This document shows positions 1 to 9,168 of a DNA stretch of 64,000 bases, piece by piece. The stretch lies in assembly GCA_964540825.1 (NCBI GenBank), contig CAZINT010000003.1, positions 147,250 to 211,249 of the forward strand, in the 5' to 3' direction. How positions within the stretch are numbered: position 1 is the stretch's first letter; each line of letters begins with the position of its first letter. The translations under genes and the position numbers were made by a program. The DNA is from an uncultured Gammaproteobacteria bacterium. Lineage in GTDB: Bacteria > Patescibacteriota > Patescibacteriia > Magasanikbacterales > GWA2-37-8. The notes below the pieces were generated by a model, which worked only from the letters and a program-made list of their open reading frames with translations, was not told the DNA's origin and did no database searches.

Positions 1-122
1 TGCTTCCACAAAACCGGAAAGTAAAAACAGTAAAATTAAAATACTCGGGGTTAAAAATATTCAGGAATTGATTAAACACACCTAACACATTAAAAAACCG
101 CCGATACCTGGGCGGTTTTTAA

Positions 123-2213
123 TTATTCCAAATGTACCCGACTCTCCCACTCTTTTACTTTTTTAAGAAGCGTAGGATATTTTTTTATGAGGGGCGCAAT
201 ATTTACCGCCGCCGTTTTGGCTTTTTTAATCAGCTCGCGGTCAGTCAGTTTTGCGAGGCGGAGTTCCGCCATGCCGCTTTGCATCGTGCCATACACTTCG
301 CCGGGCCCCCGAATTTCTAAATCTTTTTCCGCCAGTTTAAAGCCGTCGTGATGTGCTTCAAAAAACGTCAGACGCTCTTTGGCCGTGCTTGAGTCACTAT
401 CGGTAAATAAAAAACAATACGACTGGTGATCGCTCCGCCCCACACGCCCGCGAAACTGATGCAGCTGCGCGAGTCCAAAACGCTCGGCGCCTTCGATCAT
501 CATCACACTGGCATTGGGGATATTGACACCCACTTCAATAACTGAGGTCGCGACCAGAATATCAATCTGCCCGTTTTTAAAATCAGTCATGATCGCTTCT
601 TTTTCATCAGCTTTTAATTTGCCGTGCAAAAAACTAACCCGCAAATCCGGAAATACCGTTTCGGATAATTTTTTATATTCACTGAGGACAGATTTTTTAT
701 CAGCGAGCACCAAACCGGTATCCGTAGTCGCCTCCTCAATCAGCGGGCAGACCACAAATACCTGTCGACCACTCTGTACTTGCTTATGAATAAACTCGTA
801 CGCCTTTTCACGATTGTGCGGGTCAACCAGGCGCGTAATAATTTGCTTGCGTCCGGGCGGTAATTCATTGATAATGGAAATATCGAGGTCGCCATAGACC
901 ATGAGTGCCAAGGAGCGCGGAATGGGTGTCGCTGTCATACTTAAGAAATGCACCCGCTCCCCTTTTTCTTTAATGACGCGCCGCTGTTCCACGCCAAAAC
1001 GATGCTGCTCATCAACAATCACTAGACCCAATTTTTTAAACTCAACACCCTCTGATAAAAGGGCGTGCGTACCGATAACAACATCAACTTCTCCAGCAGT
1101 AATAACTTTAATTAATTGAGTCTTAGACAATTCTTCTTCAATCAACGAACCGCTGCGCGAATTAAAGATTTTTCGCTGGCTCCGCGTAAAGAGTGCAATA
1201 CGAACGCCCTTAGCCCCCAGCAGTTTTGTAAGCGATTCATAGTGCTGACTCCCTAGTATTTCAGTCGGTACCATGAGTATGCTTTGAAACAGATCGAGTG
1301 AAGCGTTGTAGAGCGCCATGGCAGCCACAACCGTTTTGCCTGACCCCACGTCACCGGACAGTAATCGATTCATCGGAGTCTTTTTTTGGATTGACTGCAA
1401 AATTTCCCACGCGGCAACTTTCTGAGTCTTGGTAAGCGCAAAAGGGAGTTCACTCACAAATTCTTTAATAGCTTCTTCCTGAAAAGCAATTTCCGGAGCT
1501 TCCAAGGATATTTTTTCGAGGCGAGTTAACTCTGCCTGAAGCTGGAGCAAAAAGAGCTCATCAAACTTAAGCCGCTCGGTACTTTCGGCAAGTTCCGTAT
1601 CATTGCTTGGAAAATGAATGCCGCGCACAGCATTGCCAAATGAGGTTAATCCTTCCTGCACACGCAGTTCTTCGGGCAACCAGTCCGGAAGCGTATCCGT
1701 AAGCGGTAAAATTTTATCGACTAAATACCGAATTTGCTTTTGGGTTATACCACTTGTTAAGGGGTACATCGGCACAAGGCGAAGGGTGTGCGTCGTATGT
1801 TCTTCTTTTTTAACTTTTTCAAAAGCCGGGCTCGCGAGCTCTGGGCCCAGCATAGATTTTTTAACGGTACCCGATAAAAACAAAATATCACCAGGTTTAA
1901 GCGCTTTGATAATAAAAGGCTGATTAAACCATACGACCCGCATCTCGCCCGTTTCATCCGCCACTAAGGCCTCAGTTATCATAAGGCGCTTGCGAGGGCT
2001 GCGTTTGTTGTTGATGAGTTCGAGCCGGGCTTTAATCGTTACCTGAAAGCCTTCTTCAAGCTGATTTATTTTCACTAAATGCCGATAATCTTCATAACGA
2101 AACGGAAAGTAATACAACAAATCCTCGATCGTAGTGAGACCGAGGCGCTTAAGACTGGCGCCAATTTTTTTACCGACAGTCGGCAGGCCGGTGAGCTGGT
2201 TCGATAACTGCAT
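123..2213 (-). CDS. recG: ATP-dependent DNA helicase RecG
   Basis: N-terminal wedge/OB region (YFPFRYED, VWFNQP), RLLSGDVGSGKT, DEQHRFG, MTATPIPRSL, GLAQLHQFRGRVGR, DLEIRGPGE motifs. Confidence 0.97.
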   Translation of the reverse strand: MQLSNQLTGLPTVGKKIGASLKRLGLTTIEDLLYYFPFRYEDYRHLVKINQLEEGFQVTIKARLELINNKRSPRKRLMITEALVADETGEMRVVWFNQPFIIKALKPGDILFLSGTVKKSMLGPELASPAFEKVKKEEHTTHTLRLVPMYPLTSGITQKQIRYLVDKILPLTDTLPDWLPEELRVQEGLTSFGNAVRGIHFPSNDTELAESTERLKFDELFLLQLQAELTRLEKISLEAPEIAFQEEAIKEFVSELPFALTKTQKVAAWEILQSIQKKTPMNRLLSGDVGSGKTVVAAMALYNASLDLFQSILMVPTEILGSQHYESLTKLLGAKGVRIALFTRSQRKIFNSRSGSLIEEELSKTQLIKVITAGEVDVVIGTHALLSEGVEFKKLGLVIVDEQHRFGVEQRRVIKEKGERVHFLSMTATPIPRSLALMVYGDLDISIINELPPGRKQIITRLVDPHNREKAYEFIHKQVQSGRQVFVVCPLIEEATTDTGLVLADKKSVLSEYKKLSETVFPDLRVSFLHGKLKADEKEAIMTDFKNGQIDILVATSVIEVGVNIPNASVMMIEGAERFGLAQLHQFRGRVGRSDHQSYCFLFTDSDSSTAKERLTFFEAHHDGFKLAEKDLEIRGPGEVYGTMQSGMAELRLAKLTDRELIKKAKTAAVNIAPLIKKYPTLLKKVKEWESRVHLE

Positions 2214-2282
2214 ATAAGGCCTAGTATACCAGAAAAAACTTTTTTGTCGTGTTTATACCCATTAAATATTTTCAGCAGCCCC

Positions 2283-2310
2283 TTGACAAAAACATAAAAA
2301 ATGGTACTCT
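2283..2310 (+). promoter_or_regulatory. sigma70-type promoter for the GC-rich orphan at 2351
   Basis: TTGACA (2283-2288), 16 nt spacer, TG-n-TACTCT (2305-2310). Confidence 0.55.
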
Positions 2311-2350
2311 TTCACACGCGCAAAATCGCGCACAGTCAAAGGAGCTACCA

Positions 2351-2608
2351 ATGTTCAAAGGAATCACCCGCAAGCAGGGCGTCACCGCTTCCGGCCTCCT
2401 GGCCGTTTCGCTCATCACCTGTGGCGGGCCACCGCCCGAATCGTCGACCAGCAAGAACTCCGGCGCCTGCCAGTCGGCGACCATCCTGAACATCGTCACC
2501 GGCGTGCTCATGGCTTTACCACCCATGAGCATGGTGCAGCTGGCCTCGGGTATCGAGATGGAGAAGGTCTGCGCCCATCGTCTCGGCCCCGTAGCCACGC
2601 AACACTGA
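2351..2608 (+). CDS. small GC-rich orphan, possible lipoprotein (85 aa)
   Basis: AAAGGAG SD 6 nt before ATG 2351; hydrophobic N-terminus ending LITC; GC-rich codons; own promoter. Confidence 0.55.
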   Translation: MFKGITRKQGVTASGLLAVSLITCGGPPPESSTSKNSGACQSATILNIVTGVLMALPPMSMVQLASGIEMEKVCAHRLGPVATQH

Positions 2609-2776
2609 GTCGCGCCTAACCACAACAGCCGCTCGCGGAGCATAGTATCTTCGCTCTACCGGCATACTGCCGGCAACCCTGGGCTTCTCTCTACGAAGCC
2701 CAGGTAAAAAATTCTCTTGATTTAGAATCGAGAAAAAATAAACCACCTCTTTGGTTAAAGAGGTGGTTTATTTTTG

Positions 2777-2848
2777 TGCACCCGTTAGGAGTCGAACCTA
2801 AATTTTCGGCTTCGCAGGCCAATGTCCTATCCATTGAACGACGGGTGC
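2777..2848 (-). tRNA. tRNA-Arg(GCG)
   Basis: Reverse complement GCACCCGTCGTTCAATGGATAGGACATTGGCCTGCGAAGCCGAAAATTTAGGTTCGACTCCTAACGGGTGCA folds as a cloverleaf with anticodon loop CT-GCG-AA; CCA not encoded. Confidence 0.92.
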
Positions 2849-2916
2849 GGAATGCTTTCTAAAAATGAAAGCCGCGTCAATATATCATATTTGGCGCGGC
2901 TTGTCAAAACCTATCG

Positions 2917-3423
2917 TTAGTGAATTTTGAGGATACGCGCCCATTTATCGCTGAGCGGCTCTTCTTCCTGATCAAGATCTTCCGGTATATAGCGCAATAA
3001 ATATTCACGGATGGCCAGCGGGTCGTTATCGAGCAGCGGTACCTGAAGGCGATGCTTAATGGTGTTATTTAAGGTAAAATATAAGTTTTTAACCTCATTT
3101 GGGTTATAGATCAGCCAAAAATTAGTGAGTTCGCTATAGCGGTAATGCTTCACACCAAGGACAATACCCGTGGTCGTAATGGCAAAAGGAATATCAATCG
3201 GGTCTTGCATGTCATGTAAATACATGACAATAGCAAACAAAATAATGATAAGCGCAAATAAATAATTGGCAGTAAAAAGCGCGTAGGCAACCAAAAGTAC
3301 GCCAATGCCGCCCATCACGATATACCAGCGGCGATCGCGGACATATTTTTCGTATTCTTTTACTTCCCAGTTGAACACTATTTCACCAAGCGGTACATCA
3401 ACTCGAGTAATATCTTTTGGCAT
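2917..3423 (-). CDS. hypothetical membrane protein (two TM helices plus soluble domain)
   Basis: 168 aa ORF with a hydrophobic hairpin at about residues 33-69; core-like composition. Confidence 0.75.
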   Translation of the reverse strand: MPKDITRVDVPLGEIVFNWEVKEYEKYVRDRRWYIVMGGIGVLLVAYALFTANYLFALIIILFAIVMYLHDMQDPIDIPFAITTTGIVLGVKHYRYSELTNFWLIYNPNEVKNLYFTLNNTIKHRLQVPLLDNDPLAIREYLLRYIPEDLDQEEEPLSDKWARILKIH

Positions 3424-3556
3424 AAAATTAATTGGATGATGAGCGCAAACACGAGCGCTCTAGACGTTAGTATACCACAGTAAAAAACCTCTCACAAGGA
3501 ATATTGAACGAAGTCATACTCCATGCTATAGTAGGCTGCATGCTATATACAGCTCT

Positions 3557-5107
3557 ATGGAAGAACCTACGATTAATCTTTTAGATCCGCGTTCAACGCT
3601 GCCGCCAGAAGACGCACCCCAAAAACGCGCCAATCGCATCTACATCGGCGTAGTTATTTTTTTGATTGTTTGTATTCTCGGGCTCGCTGGCTATTGGTAC
3701 TATAGCGAAGCTGCTTGGGCACGTAACCCAGCGCACGACTCAAAAACACTCCAGGCTGACAAACCTTGGTTTTTAGAAACTGTTAAAAATTTTATATTTT
3801 CACCCAGCAATGTGCTTACCGGTCAACAGGAAGACCGGATTAATATTTTATTACTCGGTATCGGAGGCAGCGGGCACGATGGAGCGTACCTTAGTGATAC
3901 GAACATAATTCTGAGTATAAAACCAAGCACCAGCCAGGTGGCAATGATCTCTATTCCGCGTGATTTATCAGTAAAAATTAACGAATACGGCTATCGTAAA
4001 ATTAACGACGCAGATGCGTTTGGTGAAGCTAAAGATCCGGGAAACGGCGGCGAATATGCCCGGCAAATTTTTGAACAAACTTTTGGATTAAGCATCCCCT
4101 ACTATGTACGCGTCAATTTCCAAGCTTTTCAAGAACTGGTTGATTCGGTCGGCGGCGTTGACGTTGATGTTGCCAAAACATTTACCGATAACGAATATCC
4201 TAACGGCGAAAAAAAATTAGGACCCAACTGTACGGGCGAGACAGAAGAAAGCCCTTGCCGCTACTTAAAGGCCCATTTTGAACAAGGCATACAGCACATG
4301 GACGGTCGAACAGCGCTTATCTATGCGCGCTCTAGGCATGGCAACAACGGTGAAGGCTCTGATTTTGCTCGAGCGCACCGCCAACAGCAAGTTATTTTCG
4401 CCCTTAAAGAAAAATTTCTTTCCTTTGGCACGTACGCTAACCCGGCGGTGGTTAAAAACATTATTGATTCACTTTCAAATAACGTCAAAACGAATCTTGA
4501 CTTATCGCAAATTATTTATTTAGGGAATTTCGCCAAAAAAGTTGACAAAAGCACTATTAAAAATCTGGTACTCGATACCGGCCCGCAGAATTACTTAACC
4601 CAAGCAGCCGGTTCATATGCGCTTGTTCCTAAAAAGGGTGATTTTTCTGACATTAATGCAGCAATCCAGAATATTTTTTTGAGCACCAGCACCCTCCCCG
4701 CTTCAACAATTGCGCCGTCAATCACAGCACCAGCTACCACAGTCTCGCCCACAGCAGAGCCTCTGGTTTTACAAAGCACTCAAATCGAAATTCAAAATGG
4801 CACCTGGCTTCCTGGCCTTGCTGCCCGCGCTAAAAAGGCTGTTGAAGACGGTGGTTTGACAGTTAACGCTTTTGGCAATAGTTCCGTTCGTCCGCTTGAA
4901 CACACCATTGTTTACGTACTTAACCCCGCAACTAATAAGCAAATTATTGACAATTTAGCGAAAATTTGCCATACTGAAGCAACTACAGAACTTCCCGACT
5001 GGCTTAAAAAGGCCGTCACCGACATCTCTACCAATCCCAATACTGCTCCACCCTATAGACCTACAACCGATTTACTCGTTATCCTGGGCACTGATTACCA
5101 GCCCTAA
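3557..5107 (+). CDS. LCP (LytR-CpsA-Psr) family protein with C-terminal LytR_C domain
   Basis: N-terminal TM, INILLLG, SDT, ISIPRDL, KIN, DSVGGVDV, YARSRH, SDFARAHRQQ; C-terminal IEIQNGT..PGLA and DLLVILG. Confidence 0.92.
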   Translation: MEEPTINLLDPRSTLPPEDAPQKRANRIYIGVVIFLIVCILGLAGYWYYSEAAWARNPAHDSKTLQADKPWFLETVKNFIFSPSNVLTGQQEDRINILLLGIGGSGHDGAYLSDTNIILSIKPSTSQVAMISIPRDLSVKINEYGYRKINDADAFGEAKDPGNGGEYARQIFEQTFGLSIPYYVRVNFQAFQELVDSVGGVDVDVAKTFTDNEYPNGEKKLGPNCTGETEESPCRYLKAHFEQGIQHMDGRTALIYARSRHGNNGEGSDFARAHRQQQVIFALKEKFLSFGTYANPAVVKNIIDSLSNNVKTNLDLSQIIYLGNFAKKVDKSTIKNLVLDTGPQNYLTQAAGSYALVPKKGDFSDINAAIQNIFLSTSTLPASTIAPSITAPATTVSPTAEPLVLQSTQIEIQNGTWLPGLAARAKKAVEDGGLTVNAFGNSSVRPLEHTIVYVLNPATNKQIIDNLAKICHTEATTELPDWLKKAVTDISTNPNTAPPYRPTTDLLVILGTDYQP

Positions 5108-5118
5108 ACACATTTCGT

Positions 5119-6489
5119 ATGGCAACGCCAGCCACTATCGTCGATCATAACCTTCCAACCGTCGCACTCGTCGGTCGTGTTAACGTTGGCAAATCAACGC
5201 TCTTTAACAAGATCATGGAAGCTAATTTAGCCATGGTTTCGGATATCCCAGGCACCACCCGTACACGCAATATCGGTGAAGCCAGCTGGCGCGGCAAACA
5301 GTTTCGTTTGGTTGATACCGGCGGGCTTACTTTTTCTGACGACGTGATCCTCGAAGAGGACATTATCAAACAAACCGAAATTGCTTTGTCTGAAGCTGAT
5401 GTCATTTTATTTGTGACCGACCTTCAGAACGGTGTATTACCCCAGGAATATGAACTGGGAAAATTACTCGCCAAAAATAAACGCAAAACGCCGATTATTT
5501 TGGTAGGCAATAAGGCCGACAATCTGACGATTCATGCCCGCATCTATGACCATGAATGGCAAAAGTTTGGCCTTGGCGAACCGTTCCCTGTATCGGCTGC
5601 GAACGGCAGTAATGTTGGCGACCTCTTGGATATTTTATATAAACTGCTTAACAAACAAACTAAAAGACCAAAACAAGTCGAGGAAAAACCTTCGATTAAG
5701 GTAGCGCTCGTCGGCAGACCCAACGTTGGCAAGTCTTCACTATTTAATAAATTAATTGGCGAAGATCGCGTGATTGTCAGCCCCATGGCCCACACTACGC
5801 GCGAACCGCACGACACGCTGGTTGAAGTTGACGGACAACGCATTGTTTTCGTAGACACTGCCGGTATTCGCCGCAAAACAAAAGTCTCGGGCGAGCTCGA
5901 ACACCTGGGGATCAACAAAAGTATAGCCACGATCGATCGCTCGGATATTGTTTTACTTATCCTTGACGCTACCGAACCGGTAACTGACCAGGACCAGCAA
6001 CTTGCCGGACTCCTCCGCGAACATACCAAGAGTGTGATTATTGTAGTCAACAAATGGGACGAAGCTGAAGACAACACCGATTCATTCCGCAATGATGTTA
6101 AAAAAGATCTCTACAAAAAATTCCCGCATCTTGATTACGCACCAATTGTTTTCACCAGCGCTAAAACAAGCTACCGCGTGCACCAGATATTTCCCCTCCT
6201 CAAAGAAGCGTGGGCCGATCGCCACACTGAACTCGATCATGATACCTTGATTGCCTTTTTGAAGCGCGCTACCAAGCGCCATTTACCAACGCGCGGCAAA
6301 GGCGTACGCCACCCTAAAATCTACGACTTCACTCAGGTTAAAACCAGCCCTCCAACATTTGAAATGTTTATTAAACAAGGCACATCGGTGCATATGTCGT
6401 ATGTACACTACCTTGCCAATCAACTCCGCCAGGAATTCAAGTTTTTTGCGACACCCATCATCATCAAGCTTACCAAGATGAAACGCTAA
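5119..6489 (+). CDS. der: ribosome biogenesis GTPase Der (EngA)
   Basis: Two tandem GTPase domains (GRVNVGKST/DTGG/NKAD and GRPNVGKSS/DTAG/NKWD) plus KH-like C-terminus. Confidence 0.96.
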   Translation: MATPATIVDHNLPTVALVGRVNVGKSTLFNKIMEANLAMVSDIPGTTRTRNIGEASWRGKQFRLVDTGGLTFSDDVILEEDIIKQTEIALSEADVILFVTDLQNGVLPQEYELGKLLAKNKRKTPIILVGNKADNLTIHARIYDHEWQKFGLGEPFPVSAANGSNVGDLLDILYKLLNKQTKRPKQVEEKPSIKVALVGRPNVGKSSLFNKLIGEDRVIVSPMAHTTREPHDTLVEVDGQRIVFVDTAGIRRKTKVSGELEHLGINKSIATIDRSDIVLLILDATEPVTDQDQQLAGLLREHTKSVIIVVNKWDEAEDNTDSFRNDVKKDLYKKFPHLDYAPIVFTSAKTSYRVHQIFPLLKEAWADRHTELDHDTLIAFLKRATKRHLPTRGKGVRHPKIYDFTQVKTSPPTFEMFIKQGTSVHMSYVHYLANQLRQEFKFFATPIIIKLTKMKR

Positions 6490-6492
6490 ATG

Positions 6493-6524
6493 ATGGTCTC
6501 GACGAATGTCGAGACCATTTTTTT
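6493..6524 (+). terminator. intrinsic terminator after der
   Basis: ATGGTCTCGAC-gaat-GTCGAGACCAT followed by a T run. Confidence 0.8.
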
Positions 6525-6584
6525 ATTTGACACTTCCGTAAATCTAAATTACGATGAGTACACTTTTATATTCTATTTTCTTCT

Positions 6585-7106
6585 GTGAAACTCATTATCG
6601 GTCTTGGTAACCCTGGCAAACAATACGAACGAACCCGCCACAACGCTGGTTTTATGGCGCTCGATATGCTGGCCGGCCCAACTGAGTTTGCGCTGCAAAA
6701 GAAATTCCAGGCCGAGGTGGCTACCTTGGAAATTAATGGTCAAAAAGTAGTAGCCGCAAAACCCCAAACATTCATGAATGAATCCGGTACAAGTACGCGG
6801 GCCTTGCTCGATTTTTATAAACTACAGCCTAAGGACGTTATTGTCCTGCATGATGACAAGGACATTCCGCTCGGAAAATTCCGCGTTCAGAAAGATCGCG
6901 GCGCCGCGGGGCATAACGGCGTGACTTCTATCATCAATCACCTCGGTACGCAGGATTTTTGGCGTATTCGCATCGGCGTTCTGACTATGGAATACCCCAT
7001 TGAAGACACCGCTGAATTTGTGCTTGGAAAATTTTCTAAAGAAGAACTTGCCACTTTGAACGAAGCTACCAAACGAGCGCTTGATGAACTGAAAAAAATA
7101 CTCTAA
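6585..7106 (+). CDS. pth: peptidyl-tRNA hydrolase
   Basis: LIIGLGNPGKQYERTRHNAGF, KPQTFMNESG, GHNGV, RIRIGV. Confidence 0.96.
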   Translation: MKLIIGLGNPGKQYERTRHNAGFMALDMLAGPTEFALQKKFQAEVATLEINGQKVVAAKPQTFMNESGTSTRALLDFYKLQPKDVIVLHDDKDIPLGKFRVQKDRGAAGHNGVTSIINHLGTQDFWRIRIGVLTMEYPIEDTAEFVLGKFSKEELATLNEATKRALDELKKIL

Positions 7107-7145
7107 TACTCGGCCAAGTTGGGCATGAATTTTATCACTACGTTC

Positions 7146-8228
7146 ATGAACTATCGCGCCCTCCTCGCCCATTTTCCAAAAATCACCTATCCGCGGTATA
7201 AAAAATTGACCGCACATTTTGGCAATCTTGCGAATCTCTGGCAGGCAGAACTCGAAGAAATTGTTTCCTCTGGCCTCGATGCACCCATTGCCGATGAATT
7301 CATTCGCTGGCGCGAAGCAACAGATCCGGAAAAAATAATTAGTACGCTTGAACAAGAAGGCATCACAACAGTATCGATTGGCGAAGCACACTATCCACGA
7401 CTCCTCGGTGAAATTAACGATCCCCCGCACACGTTATTTATTCGCGGCACACTTACCAACCTTGAAGCAGCACCAAGCGTTGCAATTGTCGGCACACGCC
7501 GCGCCAGTGTGTACGGCAAACAGGTTTGCGAGCGACTCAGCGGCGAATTGGCTGCTCGGGGCGTCGTTATCGTCAGCGGGCTTGCGCTCGGCATTGATGG
7601 CGTCGCGCACGAAGGAGCGCTGAGGGCCAAGACACCAACTATTGCCGTGCTTGGCTCGGGAGTGAATCAAAAAAATATTACACCAACGACACATCATGAA
7701 CTGGCGAGGCGCATCATTGATGGCGGCGGGGCACTTATTTCAGAATACCCCCCAGGCTTTGCCCCAACCGCGTATTCTTTTCCGGCGCGCAACCGTATTA
7801 TTGCCGGCCTGACACTTGGTACATTGGTGATTGAGGCGCCGGTTGAATCGGGCGCACTTATCACCGCACGCGCCGCACTTGATTACAATCGCGATGTTTT
7901 TGCCGTACCGCACAACATAACGAATCACAGCGGCGAGGGGTGCAACCGCCTCATTGCCAAAGGCGCACTACTCGTAACAAATGGCGAGGCCATCATGGAA
8001 GCACTTAATTTAAAAAGTGTCGCAAGACCAGTCTCTGCCGAACGTCCGCTGCCTGAATCACCTATTGAAAAAGCAATCTTGCAGCTACTTACACGCGAAC
8101 CGACTCATATTGATACTATAATTAAAAACACCGCCCTTGAAAGCAGGACGGTGAATGGAAGTTTGGTAATGATGGAAATGAAGGGGTACGTGAAGAACGT
8201 GGGCGGGATGATGTATGTAGCTCTTTAA
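7146..8228 (+). CDS. dprA: DNA-processing protein DprA
   Basis: YPRLLGEINDPP, AIVGTR, VSGLALGIDG, FPARNRIIAG, SGALITA; start could be 7125 or 7146. Confidence 0.95.
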   Translation: MNYRALLAHFPKITYPRYKKLTAHFGNLANLWQAELEEIVSSGLDAPIADEFIRWREATDPEKIISTLEQEGITTVSIGEAHYPRLLGEINDPPHTLFIRGTLTNLEAAPSVAIVGTRRASVYGKQVCERLSGELAARGVVIVSGLALGIDGVAHEGALRAKTPTIAVLGSGVNQKNITPTTHHELARRIIDGGGALISEYPPGFAPTAYSFPARNRIIAGLTLGTLVIEAPVESGALITARAALDYNRDVFAVPHNITNHSGEGCNRLIAKGALLVTNGEAIMEALNLKSVARPVSAERPLPESPIEKAILQLLTREPTHIDTIIKNTALESRTVNGSLVMMEMKGYVKNVGGMMYVAL

Positions 8229-8241
8229 AACCGGCTAAATC

Positions 8242-9015
8242 TTACTTCATTTTAAAATCTGTTGAGTCGCCGGTCACCAATACCGAGTCTACATCACCGT
8301 TAGCGCGCCAACCGCGCACTCTAAAATACGTATTCGGCTGCGATGCAGTGGCCGCTGTTTTGCTAGTGCCATCTTTTAGATTAATCACCAGCACTTGGCC
8401 ATTTTCTTTGCCGGGGAAACCGATTGCTGCAGCAAAGGCCAATTTGGTGCTGTCAGGCGAAAAGAGCGCATCACCAAACTGAGCATACTTGCGTTCAACG
8501 GCATAGGATTTTTCACTGTGGTCAGCGATGGTTTCAATAATAATGCTTTTATCACCATTTTCTTTGTACTCAGTCCAAGCCATAAATTGACCATTCGGCG
8601 AAATGTCTTCGATGCGGCGACCGTCGTGTTTAATAATACTAACCGACCCATCACGCACATCAATACGTATTACCTGAGGAGAACTAGATCCAAACAAAAT
8701 ATACCCATCCCCGCCCTCTGGCATGGTTTTAAAATACGCATATCGCCCTACCTGCCGGAGCGGCACGGCTGTTTTCATACCTGGAGTACTAGGGAGGGCG
8801 GCAATAGCTTTTCCGCCTTGTTCAAAAATAAAGTTAGAACCGTTTTGATTGAGCGTAACAATTTCAGCCTGGGTTACTTGCGGCGGCGCTTCGATGACAG
8901 CGACTTCAGGAGCAGCAACTTTATGGATATTGTACATAAGGAGCCCTGCTCCTACGAGTACAATAAGTACACATCCGCCAATTATAAGTCCTTTTTTCTG
9001 TGATTCGAGAAGCAT
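8242..9015 (-). CDS. membrane-anchored TolB/WD40-like beta-propeller protein
   Basis: N-terminal TM; ISPNGQFMAW and FSPDSTKLAF repeats; start chosen at TATG 9015. Confidence 0.65.
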   Translation of the reverse strand: MLLESQKKGLIIGGCVLIVLVGAGLLMYNIHKVAAPEVAVIEAPPQVTQAEIVTLNQNGSNFIFEQGGKAIAALPSTPGMKTAVPLRQVGRYAYFKTMPEGGDGYILFGSSSPQVIRIDVRDGSVSIIKHDGRRIEDISPNGQFMAWTEYKENGDKSIIIETIADHSEKSYAVERKYAQFGDALFSPDSTKLAFAAAIGFPGKENGQVLVINLKDGTSKTAATASQPNTYFRVRGWRANGDVDSVLVTGDSTDFKMK

Positions 9016-9168
9016 AGGGTAAAAAATTAGCATGAACACATTTAGTATACAATAATTGACAGAAGCGTCAAAGTCGGGTACAATTGCCCCTGAAGGAAGA
9101 AAGGACAAAAGGAAAATGGAAAAAATTGTTTATTCCTTTTTCTATTTTCCTTTCTTCCTTTTTAAAAT

